Positions 26,643 to 38,400 of a DNA stretch of 64,000 nt are shown one piece after another. The position numbers and the translations under genes were made by a program. Every line of letters begins with the position of its first letter. Within the stretch, counting starts at the first letter, position 1. Source of the DNA: Selaginella moellendorffii. Taxonomy: Eukaryota; Plantae; Lycopodiophyta. Below the pieces are notes generated by a model, which had not been told where the DNA came from, did not search any database, and was given only the letters and a program-made list of their open reading frames with translations. Location: positions 620,001 through 684,000 of the forward strand of contig NW_003314330.1 of assembly GCF_000143415.4 (NCBI RefSeq). Reading direction: 5' to 3'.

Positions 26643-27636
26643 TGTGAGTGCATAGAATATGGAAAGGGAATACAGAAATGTGCATATCAATTAGCCCAAA
26701 AACCCTAGCTTATATACAAGAGCGAGTGGTCCAAATTGAAACCAATTTGACAGCTACTAAAATCCCACTACGCTAATATTAGTATACGGCATTGTAGCTG
26801 TACACTTGGCCCTCACATCATCCCCTCTTCTCAGAACAATGGAAGGCTGTCAGGGTTCTCTTGTAAACGGGCCGGGATCTGGAAGAACATCAGGAGGAGG
26901 CATCGGCAGATCTGTAGATGGTATTAACTGTTCATGATCCTTTTGTATGAAGTGTTTCAACCGCTACACATGCACAATCTCCGAAGGATCGGCCTGCTGG
27001 ACATCATGCCGAACCTCATAAACTTGCGGTCCAACTTGCCGCAACATTTAATATGGTCCTTTCCACTGCGCAAGGAGCCCCTTAGATAACCACACACCAT
27101 AAGATGGGGAAAACGGACTAACACCAAATCATCCACTTTGTACTCTGCAGGTGGACGATGATGAGAGTTGTAGTGCCATTATTGTCCCACTTGTACACAG
27201 CTTAAGTGTTCGGCAAACTCTGCTTGGACAAGTGGAAGAATGCTTGTCAAATATTGATCCCATGACCTAGCACCGGGAGCTCGTGGCAATTGCGAAGGTA
27301 AACCCAGCTCCGTTGGTAATATTGGATCATGACCATATAAAAGTTTATATGGTGAAGCACCAATAGAACTCTACACCTTTGTGACATAGGCATACCAAAG
27401 AGACGGCAAATAACCATCCCAATCCGAATGCTGAAAGTTCACATACTTCGCAATCATCCCTTTGAATGTTCGAACAAGTCGTTCCACCAGATCGTCTAAT
27501 TGTGGATGATAAGCACTCGTGAAAGTGTGGCATATTTCCAACCAAAACGTCAAAAGATGAAATGCCTTAGGCATTAATGTAGGACCATTATCCGAAAGAA
27601 TCCACTTTAGACAAGAATGCTAGAACACCACTCGAT
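26643..27636 (-). mobile_element. 3' half (integrase C-terminus, PPT, 3' LTR 26643-26817) of the family-A element whose 5' half is at 47029-58593
   Basis: Integrase resumes exactly where 58593 stops, by comparison with intact A3 at 37060-37100. Its flank continues the AT-rich block interrupted at 47028. Confidence 0.85.
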
Positions 27637-29436
27637 ACCTTACTTGGAATACTTTTGTGTTCTAATTTAAGATATAGTCACTGATAATTAAGACTTTAAG
27701 ATATCATTGTCTATGACTTTGATATTGTCCATGTATTGATCTTTGAGTTTGGGCCAGTAATGGGCAGACTGGCTTTGGCACTTTGTGTGCATGGTGAAAT
27801 CTCTAGTCATGGGGTAGCTACTGTCAACTGGTTACATAACCCGCCTCTTTGTCGATGTTCCTTATTCCGTTAAAAGGGCGTGACCGTGTAAACAACTCTA
27901 ACTGCCTGTTTACAGTAGTCTATCTAAACCTTACCGACGGGTTTGGTTTCTTTGCTCAGGAGGGTTAGGGCCTCTGGCTTCTCTCTCTATGTCCCTGCAG
28001 GCAGGGGCGTATCACACTTTTGTAAGCTGGGTGACTCCCAGAGCAGTAGGGGTGGCTGACTCCATTGGTCATTTCCTTGTCGGCGACGGTCGAAAGGTGT
28101 CTGAGTTGGTAGCGCATCCGCGTTAGACAAAGAGGTTACCCCTAACTCATTTAAGTTGGTGCATTTCTCACATAGTGTGAGTACCGTGAACTTTTTCTGG
28201 AGTTGTTTCCTTGGCAGTATTCTAGACTCGAGTATGCATCGACGAGGACGTCGATTTTCCCTAGGGGGGGAGAGTGTCGCGAATGTGACTTCGGGTATCG
28301 AAAGTTACCTGTCGACCAGTCCTTACGGACACTCTTACCTTACTGCCACGATGGCAGGAGGTCGGTACTGCTAGTTCCCTTTATTAGCCCCTCTTGTTCA
28401 AGTGTTAGTAAACTGGACTTTGCATCTATACTTGGCCGGATGAGCATAAAGAAGGAATTCCTAAGTGTCTATTTGGCTGAGCATACTTGGCCCGGCTTGT
28501 TAGTTCTCTTTTGCTCTGTCTTGCACTGGCTTGACAAGAACCCTCGCGTATTGAGATTGGTCCCTCAATATCGCTACATGATAGCTTACCGTGTCTGCCA
28601 AACACCCTTGCTATCATACCCTTTGTGTTAGTCTCATTTCGGTCCCAAATGCTATTTATGGAAAGTGTCCAGATTTGCTCATTTGGCATATTTACGGAAT
28701 GTAGAGATCGGCTTGAACACAATGGTGTTCGTCCCATGTCCAAAATCGCAATCTAGGGACATTCCATATTTAGTAAGTTTCAAGCTTGTCCCAGAGACTA
28801 ACTCTTGATACTAAGGGAGGCTTGGGGTGAAAGCCCAAAGCGTGTGTTCCTCAAGGGGGGGGGGGGGGGGGGGGGGGGGCCTTTGGGGGGTTTCAAAATT
28901 TTAAAAGGGAAAGGGGGGAAATCAGGGATGGCCCAAAAAATTGGGGGAAAATCTAACCCCCGGTTGGGGGCCTGTCCTTGTTTTGCGTTCGGCTTGGGTC
29001 TAAGCCCAAGTTCCATTCCATGCTAGCTAGTGGAGTACCCATATCCTCACGTTAGGCCACTGGTATGCCGAAGTAGCGCCAGACTCCGTTTGGCTCCGTT
29101 TTGCGTGCTGGTCCTGGCATTGGGATGCTGGTTACTCTAGGACTGTTCCAAGTCGCTCCGGGCTCTTGTCCCTTCGCTCCTTGGGCTTTATGCTCGGGAG
29201 TTGCTCCGTGGTTTGGTTCCGTCACTCCTTGGCTCCATGTTTGGGAGTTTGGCACCGTTCCTTCGTTCAGTGGCCCAAGGCCCTGAACCTCAGGTTCCTA
29301 TGGACACGTGGCATAGACACGTGGCATGTGACACGTGGCATCTGTCACGTGGCACAAAGAGGGTTAGGTTCCGCTTCATGGTGTTATCCTATGGTAAATC
29401 ACCATAGGATAAAGGGTCAAAACCACGTGCGCTACA
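27634..29436 (+). mobile_element. Family-C element C1: 3' internal region, PPT and 3' LTR (28275-29436)
   Basis: Direct homology to 62103-63885. G-rich PPT ending GAGAG, LTR TGTCGCG..GCGCTACA. Confidence 0.85.
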
Positions 29437-30027
29437 TCCTATTACTTCCTTTTATATTTCTATTTTATTCTTCTATTCCTTTTTCCTATCCCTTTGATGG
29501 TCTTTGTATTGTAGTGGTCAACTGGCTTATAAAGAAGTATATTGATTTATTTGAATTTGACTTATCATCTAAGACCAAGATTGTCACACATCATCTTATT
29601 ACAATTGGGGACATTTGTCCAATCAAAGTTCTAATTAACTTTCTAACAGATGATGGACAAGGTTCATTGTGATATGCTGAAAGTGACTGTTGACTTCATC
29701 GATGATATTTTAATCCACTCAGAAGGGACATAAAAGGAACATGTCCGTGATGTTCATAAAGTGTTGGATTGGCTACAAGAAGTTGGTTTAAAGCTGAAAC
29801 AGTTGAAGTGCGTGTTTTAGTCCAAAGACACGATTTATCTTGAGTACCATATTTCTCGTGAAGGTTTGCAAGTTAATTCTAATAAACTTACAGCTATTCT
29901 AAAATTCTCTATCTGTGTATTGCATTAGTCTCAATTCAGACAATTCACTCCTATATATAAGCTAGGGTTTTTGGGTTAATTGATATGCACATTTTTTTAT
30001 TTCCTTTCTATATTCTATGCACTCACA
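29437..30027 (+). mobile_element. Deleted family-A remnant with a partial LTR ending CTCACA
   Basis: Pol pieces homologous to 48880-49700 and LTR 3' part ~29915-30027. Confidence 0.7.
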
Positions 30028-30960
30028 ACAAGTAACTATAATATTATAAATAATTTTAGCTATTTATCTAGAAATTATATTATTATTAATTATTTAATAA
30101 ATAAATATTTTAAATTTAACTTGAGAAATTATTTAGGTATCTCATACAAACTTTGTACCATTTTATCATTAAAATATCAAACATTGTTATTTTGTAACCC
30201 ATTCAATTGGAGTTTTATACATTAAGCAAATGAATTTAATAAGAACATTGCCTTTATGATTGAATGTTTGATATGTATGTGTAGAAGTTTTTAAATTTCA
30301 ACTACAATATTTTTTATGAAACTTCCCTCATCCTATAAAAACCAACATCCAAATTTAAATTCTAAAGTTTTGATTATATTTATTAGCAATATATTGAAGT
30401 TATTCTATCAATATTTTACTATCTTGATTGAGCTTACTATATAAGATCAACTACATATAAAACAAATTGAAAATTAATAGCATTTTTAAGGATTTTCTCC
30501 ACTGGAGTATATAATTGATTAAAATAAATAGACTTTTATTCCTTTTATCTTGGTTTCTAAAGTTTAGAAGATTGAGTGTGAGCTAAAACTCCAAAAAGGG
30601 GTGTGGAGTCAGCCACCCAAGCTTTGAACTTGGCTGCTAAGTCATATTTTTGTATTTATGGAACAAATAAAATTCATTAAAAATAATTAATGCAAAAAAA
30701 ATTCTATAAAAACCTTCTTACTTGTTAACAATGATAGTCACTTTGGTCCCACAACCAAAGGATATCATCCCTCAACCTTTTGCTTATGTAGATAATAGTT
30801 ATGTCTGCCCCAAAAAAGCATTGGCAAGGTATGTTGTCTCAAATGATAAACCAAATAGAGCTTCTATGTGATGTACTTCCCCTCTATAGAACAAGTTTAT
30901 GGGTGTAAAACTATAAACATCTATCAATAGAAAACCAAATAAATGTTAGTAAGTGAGATA

Positions 30961-32017
30961 GGAGCCATTCACACCTGTGCTATATATAAAAATATTTTAA
31001 AATGTGTATTTTAATTTTTGTGATTGCTGCATTCGCACTTGAGTAGTTTTTAACTTGTTTTAAACTTTAAATATGCATTTTAAAACATCACTTGCATAGG
31101 TTTTTGTGGTAAAAATTTAACGTAAAACACTAGTGACTTTGCATTTGACTTACTTTAAAATGTCTTTAAAATAGCATTCGAACATGTTTTAAAATATTTT
31201 AAATTTTCAAATTCAAATCAAATTCAAAACCTAAACCCAAAACCACTCTCCTAGAAACTCTGAGCTAAACTCGGGATGAAACTTACCTCTTTAGTAATAG
31301 AATTTGGAGAACAATCAAGTTCTAAAAGCCGTGGGGGAGAGGCTTTAGCTCCCCGTGCTACAGCTCTCCACGCTCTAGCTCCAGGTCGGCCCTGATTGAG
31401 GCCAAGATCCACAAGCTCGGCATCTTCACAACCTCAACTTTGAAGCAACCTGCCTCCTCGAGTGACAGTTGGGCCTAGTGCCCATCCTCCAGCCCCAAAT
31501 GCTCCTCCACCACAGTTGCTCCTCACTCCATGAGCAGCACCTCCACATTGGATGACACCACCCTGAACCAGCACCATCTCCTTATCAAACCCTACAGCTC
31601 CTCCTTCCCCAAAATTGGCTACTCCTCATTCCTCCACTGAATCCCCAATATGACCTAGAGCCTACTTTGGCAATGACTATTATCAGCCTCCCCCGCCATC
31701 AATGCCCGAGCTCGTGGCAATCCCAGCTCGCAAAACACCTTAATCAGGGCGCTGGAATCTTTTGGGAATCTTGGAGATTCCTTTTAAAAATATTTTAAGA
31801 TTCCCCCATCTTTTAAAATCAATTTTTTTTGGTCTGAATGTTTTAAAAAGTGAAAACATTGTGTTAAAGTTAGCACTATGTGTGAATGAAAATGTTTTTA
31901 AAAAATATCCTAAATTTTAATGTAAAGTAATTTACTTTATTTTAAAACATAGTACGAATGTATTTTTCACTTAAATTTAACACATTTCAAGAATAAAGAG
32001 CAAGTGCAAATGCCTCC
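30961..32017. mobile_element. Non-autonomous TIR element (PIF/Harbinger-like MITE, 1057 bp)
   Basis: TIRs GGAGCCATTCACAC / GTGCAAATGCCTCC (11/14 match), 3-bp TSD ATA. Empty site in the paralogous copy at ~8025-8035. Confidence 0.8.
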
Positions 32018-33761
32018 ATAATTTGTTAAGAGCTCATCCACTTGAGGTACATGCTCCTTCTTGAGCTGGGAGGTAGCTTATGGGACATCTGGATGACCAC
32101 TGTTGTGTTGTTTGATCAGCATGGTTTTATACCATACCCACTCCTCCATAGTGACGTTCTAGATGCTTGCCAAAGCACTTAAAAGTGAAATCCCCCATTC
32201 GACAAGTATTATCAAGGAGAGCATCAATTTCATGGACAACACCATTGTCATTTGCAACACTCCAAGCACCAGCACAAGAACCACACTGTATGACACCAGA
32301 TTTGTTTTTCTTTGTTCCAATCGTGAATGTCTATAGAGGATTAGAGCTCCACAAAGGAAGATAGATTGAAACTTACCAGGCTAGACCATATCATGGTCGT
32401 GATGGCATTCGCCTTCAGAAAGGCTGTATATACATCCGCACACCAGCTCGAGAACCACACTGTCACGACTACAGCATTGTCTGACTTAATAAGTTTCGAT
32501 TTTTCTTCCTTTGTGAAGCTCTAACTTTTTGCTTCCTTTGTGAAGGTAACAAAGAAAGACGAATTTGTTAAAGAGGAGCTCTCAGGCCATAACATCATAC
32601 AGTGTGGTTCTCATGTATAGCACAACTACAACATCGTTTGGCACATAAAAACCACACGGTGTGATGTTATGGCCTGAAAGTTCCTAATAGGCTCGTTTTT
32701 CTTTGTTCCAGTTGTGAATGTATATAAAAACTTAGAGCTCCACAAAGGAAGATAGACTGAACCTTACCACACTAAACAATGTGTGATTGTGACAACATTC
32801 ATCTTCAGAAAGGTTGTACAAACATTTGCAGCACTCCCAAACACTAGTACAAGAACCAAAACAGTTAAAGACCATGAAAAGGTACAGGCATACCTTATAA
32901 AGACGGTTGAAGAGCATGAGAAAGCATGATAATGGCTTTGAAGATGTAGTTTAAGGTGTAGGAGGAATTCATGAAAATTCTATGGTTCACAAGTATTTCA
33001 AATTCTAGAGTTCTTGGGAAGTAATGTGCATTTTACAAAGATGGTAACTGAAGATTTGTGTACAGCCTTTTTAAAGATGAACACTGTCACGATTAAAATT
33101 TAAAAGGCCAAATGATATTGTAGTCGTGACAGTATTTGCTTTCAAAAAGGTTGTACATAAGTCTTTAACTGCTGTCTTCATTATCTCCCTTTAACTTTTG
33201 GTACTATTTGTGAACCACATGGTTTTTATGAACTCTTCCTGCACTTTAAACTACATCTTCAAAGCCACTATCATGCCTAGTGTTATTCCAAAAACCATTT
33301 CTTATGCTCTTTAACTATCTTGTAGCATTACACAGTATGGATAGTTGGGCATGCACTAGCTTTATCAGGGACTATATGGTCTCCGACAATCTTGGCTAGC
33401 TGGGCCTGCATTTGTTCTATCTGGGCCTGTGCCTTTGTGTAATCCTTCTGAGCCATGCTTGGACCCGGCTTACTACCAATGACCATCTGTTTTATCTCAG
33501 GTGGCTAGTTCTGCAACTCCACCAAGCCACAGGCTTTACCTTTATAGATTGTTGAGCATGTCAAAAGGTCTGAACGCTCTGTGGCAAATGTTTGCATCCA
33601 AGCTTCTTAAAATCTCCAAACTTCAAGAACACTAACCTTCTTCATTAATTCAGATCCTCCAACCCTACCCTCTACCTTTATGGAGCATCAAAGGTTTGCG
33701 CAATATTTCGGGATAACCTAGTTTGCAAATATGAATATTTTAAAGGTATCCATAAAGTTGT

Positions 33762-35311
33762 TCATTTTCTCACAGTGGCACAGACAATCTGACGCTTGGC
33801 GGGCATGGTCGCCAGCCCCGTCTTCTCCTCCATGTCAATCTCCTGCCCATTCGGCACCCTCCACTCGAATCGATGCAGAAGATAGGCCAGCGTGAGCGAC
33901 ACGTGGGGAGCGGCGCTGCCCGGATCCAAAAGGTATGAGATCGAAGTGGTTCCCCAGGATGCTGTGATCGCTGCCCAGGAATCGCTCTGGACAGAAGCTC
34001 TTGGGATCGCTCCAGTTCGCCGGGTCGTGATGGATCCCCCAGATATTGACGAGCAGCGTGGTGTTGGCCGTGATTGTGTAGCCGGCGAGCTGGGAGGTCC
34101 CGGGATTGCTGTGTGGGAGGCCAGTGGTGGCCAGTGGATGCAAGTGCAGGACTTCCTTGACGATGGCTTGGATGTAAGGGAGATTTTTGAGGTCTGTCTC
34201 TTCCAGGCAGCGGTTCCTTCCAACGATCCGGTCGAGCTCTTCGTGCGCCTTCTTCTGGACGCCGGGGCAGTGTATCATATCGGACATCGCCCACTCCACA
34301 GTGCCTTTGGAGGTGTTCGTCCCAGCTAAGAGAAGATTCTGTCAAGGAATCGAGCACAAGTTCTTAGCGAGCAAGAAGAGATTTTTTTCTCCTTACCTGG
34401 AGGAGTGCGATGATTGCCATGTCATCCAACTTGTTCTCGCCACCCAGTGAGAGCATCACGTCCACAAAGTCCCTGGGAGGATTCTCCGAGATGAAGCTCT
34501 CCTTGTGCTGCTTGACGATCGCGTTTAGGAAGTTCTCCACTGCCGGTATGATCTGGTTCTTCAGCCTGTGCTCGCTCCTCTTGATCTTGTCGACCCATCA
34601 CAGTGCAGGGATGAAGTCTCCGATGTACAGCCGCTCTGACTCCTCGGTGATCGTGTCCCACACAGCCCGATAACCCTCAGCCTCTCGGGTGACAGGGGTG
34701 TCCGAGTTATAAAAGTTCTGGCCGAAGAGAACTGACGTCATCAAGTTGGTGAAGAGCTCGTGAAGCAGCGTGGTGAGATCAAATGCCTCCCCGGCAGCCA
34801 CCGACTTCTCTACAATCGAGGCAAATGCCGCGAGCTCGCGCTTGCGGATCCCAGAGAAGTGGTTCACTCTCCCGGTGGCGAAGATCTCTGTGCCGCTCAC
34901 TCGCTGCAGCATCTTCCAGCGCTCGCCATGAGGAGCAAACACAAGATCATTGTAGTCGTGGCTTACGTTCTTGAAGAAGGTGTGAAACTGGGGCCTGCTC
35001 GCAAACTCGACATTGTGATCCTTGAGAACCTCCCTGGCCATCGCAAGGCTGCTGATGATTACGTGAGGACGGCTTCCCAGCTCCATATACATGATCGGTC
35101 CATACTTCTTGGCGAGACGATGGAGAGAGTGGTGCCTGGAGTGGCTGAGAGAGGGCAGTGATCCAACAAGAGGCCAAAAAAAGGGACCGGGTGGAAGATT
35201 GCTATGTGCCTTCTTCCTTGAGTAGAGATTGAGCAGCACAAAGAATGCAATCACCAAGCACAGACAAGTTGTCCAGTAGTACCAAACACTAGAGTAGAGA
35301 AGAGAATCCAT
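33762..35311 (-). pseudogene. Cytochrome P450 copy 2, pseudogene
   Basis: CGA>TGA stop at 34598-34600. A 23-bp deletion near 33909 removes the heme Cys and shifts the frame (exon 2 is 577 vs 600 nt). Intron 34339-34396. Confidence 0.95.
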
Positions 35312-35403
35312 GGAAGTCCTTTGAGAGATTTTGGAGATTGAGAAGAAGATAAGAGAAAAGAGTGGAAGAGATGAGGATGGAGAGGTGTGTGTTGAACTTA
35401 TAC

Positions 35404-38400
35404 TATGAGTGCTTGGAATATGGAAAGAGAATACAGAAAATGTGTATATCAATTAGCCCAAAAACCTTAGCTTATATACAGGAGCGAGTAGTCCGGATTG
35501 AAACTAATCTGACGGCTACCAAAATCCCACTACGCTAATATTAGTATACGGCATCATAGCTGTACACTTGGCCCTCACATCATCCCCTCCTCTCGGAATA
35601 ATGGAAGACCATCAGGGTTCTCTTGTAGATGGGTCGGGATCTGGAGGAACATTAGGAGGAGGCATCAACGGATCTGTAGGTGGTATTAACTACTTATGAT
35701 CCCTTTGTATGAAGTGTTTCAATTGCTGCACATGCACAATCTCTAGAGGATTAGCCTGCTAGACGTCATGCCGAACTTCAAAAACTTGTGGTTCAACTTG
35801 CCGCAATAGCCGATACGGTCCTTTCTATTGCGCAAGGAGCCCCTTAGATAAACCACGTACCATAAGATAGGGAAAATAGACTAACACCAAATCATCCACT
35901 TTGTACTCTGCAGGTGGACAATGATGGGAGTTGTACTGCCATTGTTGTCCCACTTGTATGCAGCCTAAGTGTTTGGCAGATTTCACTTGGACAAGTGGAA
36001 GAATGCTTATCAAATATTGATCCCACGACCTAGCATCCGCAGCTCGTGGCAATCATGAAGGTAAACCCAGCTTCGTTGGTAATATTGGATTATGACCATA
36101 TAGGAGTTTATATGGTGAAGCACCAACAGAACTCTACACCCCTGTGACATATGCATACCGAAGATACGGCAAATAACCATCTGTAGCGCACCTTATCTCT
36201 CTCCCCTTAAGCCAATTGGAAAAGGGGCAATTGCTTGATGAGAGAGCCCTTAGTGGCTATTTTATCCCCATTTATCCCCCAAGGTTCCAAGGATCCATGG
36301 TGACAGTATATCTAAATCTCATCCCATGATCACATGCGCTACATTCACCCCCCCTTCAGAGATGTCAATGTCCTCATTGACTATTGACTAACAACCCCTA
36401 CTGAGCCAAGGGGAACCAGCACCTCCATTTCCGCACTGAATCAACCAATCCTTCCATTGTGTAGACTAGCTATTCCATGTGAGGCAACTAGTCATCCACC
36501 CATACCGTAGTCCCATGGTGGATACCTTCGTCCGTGGATACTCCACACAAGAGGAAGGACGTACGCATGGATGCCCAATACGTATGATTTCAAATTTAGG
36601 GGTAGGACTATACCTTGCTCAAGGGTATATTATACTTTTAAGTAGCTACTAATCAATGGGAATCGAACCCGTGCCATTTTCTCTTATACCAACTGTAACG
36701 CACCTTATCTCTTTCCCCTTAAGCCAATTGGAAAAGGGGCAATTGCTTGATGAGAGAGCCCTTAGTGGCTATTTTATCCCCATTTATCCCCCAAGGTTCC
36801 AAGGATCCACGGTGACAGTATATCCAAATCTCATCCCATGATCACATGCGCTACACCATCCCAATCCGAATGCTGAAAGTTCACATACTTCGCAATCATC
36901 CCCTTGAATGTCCGAACGAGCCATTCCACCAGACCGTCTGATTGTGGATGATAAACACTCGTGAAAGTGTGGTGTATCCCCAACCAAGATGTCAAAATAT
37001 GAAATGCTTCAGCCATAAATGTGGGACCATTATCTGAAAGAATCCACTCTGGACAAGAATGCTGGAACACCACTCAATTGAGGAGGAAGTATCCAACAGC
37101 AGTTGCAGAGGTGCTAGCAAGAGCACTAACTTCCACCTAATGAGTTAAGTAGTTAGAAGCAATAATAACATACTCATTGCTAGCAGTTGACCGTGGAAAA
37201 GGTCCCATAAGATGAAATGCCACCAACTCAAACGGACAGGAAACTGCAATTGACTCCAACTGTCCTTCCGTAGCCCGAGGGGGAGTATTACAAGCTTAAC
37301 ACCAAATGCAACTATGCACATACCGGATAATATCACATTGCATCTCCGGCCAATAGAAAGACCTGCATAACTTCTCGATTACACGACAATGTCCTATATG
37401 CCCACCTAGAACAGGAGAATCATGGTAAGCATGGAGAAACCGCGGAATAAAGATAGAAAGCACCACCAGCCGTAAATAATCATTAGGATCCGTCCCCACA
37501 AAATAAAGAAGGCCGTCTTCAAGGCGATATTGAGAATGTAAATGCTAAAAAGGCAAGTCATCAACAAGTGATGTAAGATTCTCAAACCCATTTCGAAGCC
37601 TTCGAATCCACGGCTCAATCTTTTGAGTCTCGTGAACCTTATCAAAAGAAAGTAGGCCTAGTGGACACTGAACGTCAAGTACAGCAACTACCGATGGCAC
37701 AGAATCCTCGTCTAGAAAATCCACAGATGCTAGAACAACAGGCTCATCAGAAATATGAGAAGAGAGTGGAGAAGGAAAAGGAGCTCAAGAAAGGGCATTA
37801 GCATTAGCCATAGAACTCCCTAGGCGATGAACAACATCAAAATCATATATCTGAAACTTTGAAGCCCACCAAACAGTACGACCAACCAGGTTTTTCCATT
37901 TCAATAATGAAATAATAACAGTATAGTTACCTTCAAGTAATGTTTGAGAACCATATAGATATGCATGAAGTTTCTCGAAACCCCAGACTGCTGCTAAACA
38001 CTCCTCTATCGTGAAGTAGTTCATCTCCGCTAGTTGTAATGTATGGCTTATATACACAATGGGATGGCGCTGACCAAGCACACTTGAACTCTCTTGCATT
38101 AACACACCTCCAAGACCAATGTCAGAAGCATCCACGTGTAAAATAAAAGGTTGAGTGTAGTCAGGATATGCTAAAACCGGAGGAGTCGTCAATAGCTCTT
38201 TGAGATCCCCAAACGCCTGCTCACAATCTGGAGACCAGATGAAAGATGATGTTGATGACTTCAGCAACGCTCACAATAGTGCAGTGCAATCAGAAAGATG
38301 ATTCACAAAATGACTGAGATACTGCATCTTGCCCAAGAAGTGTTGCACATCATTCACACACTTCGGAGTAAGGAACTTTAGAATAGCCACAAGCCAAGAT

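Larger units (their letters stand above)
30060..35403 (-). repeat. Inverted segmental duplicate of ~4075-8900 (continues at 41078-43645 for the upstream part)
   Basis: Reverse-complement similarity across the P450, its downstream fold-back region and the AT-rich tail. Confidence 0.9.

Noticed and set aside
28855-28990. Gly/Pro-rich ORFs and strong local divergence from 63320-63430
   Set aside because: Homopolymer-inflated sequence right after a long poly-G, typical of read slippage. The truncation at ~61095 may also be an artefact.
26643-30027. Apparent element with inverted LTRs flanked by ACAA on both sides
   Set aside because: The left LTR pairs with the LTR at 47029 (integrase continuity, shared flank). 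The inversion juxtaposed two separate family-A copies, so the ACAA match is coincidence or target preference.
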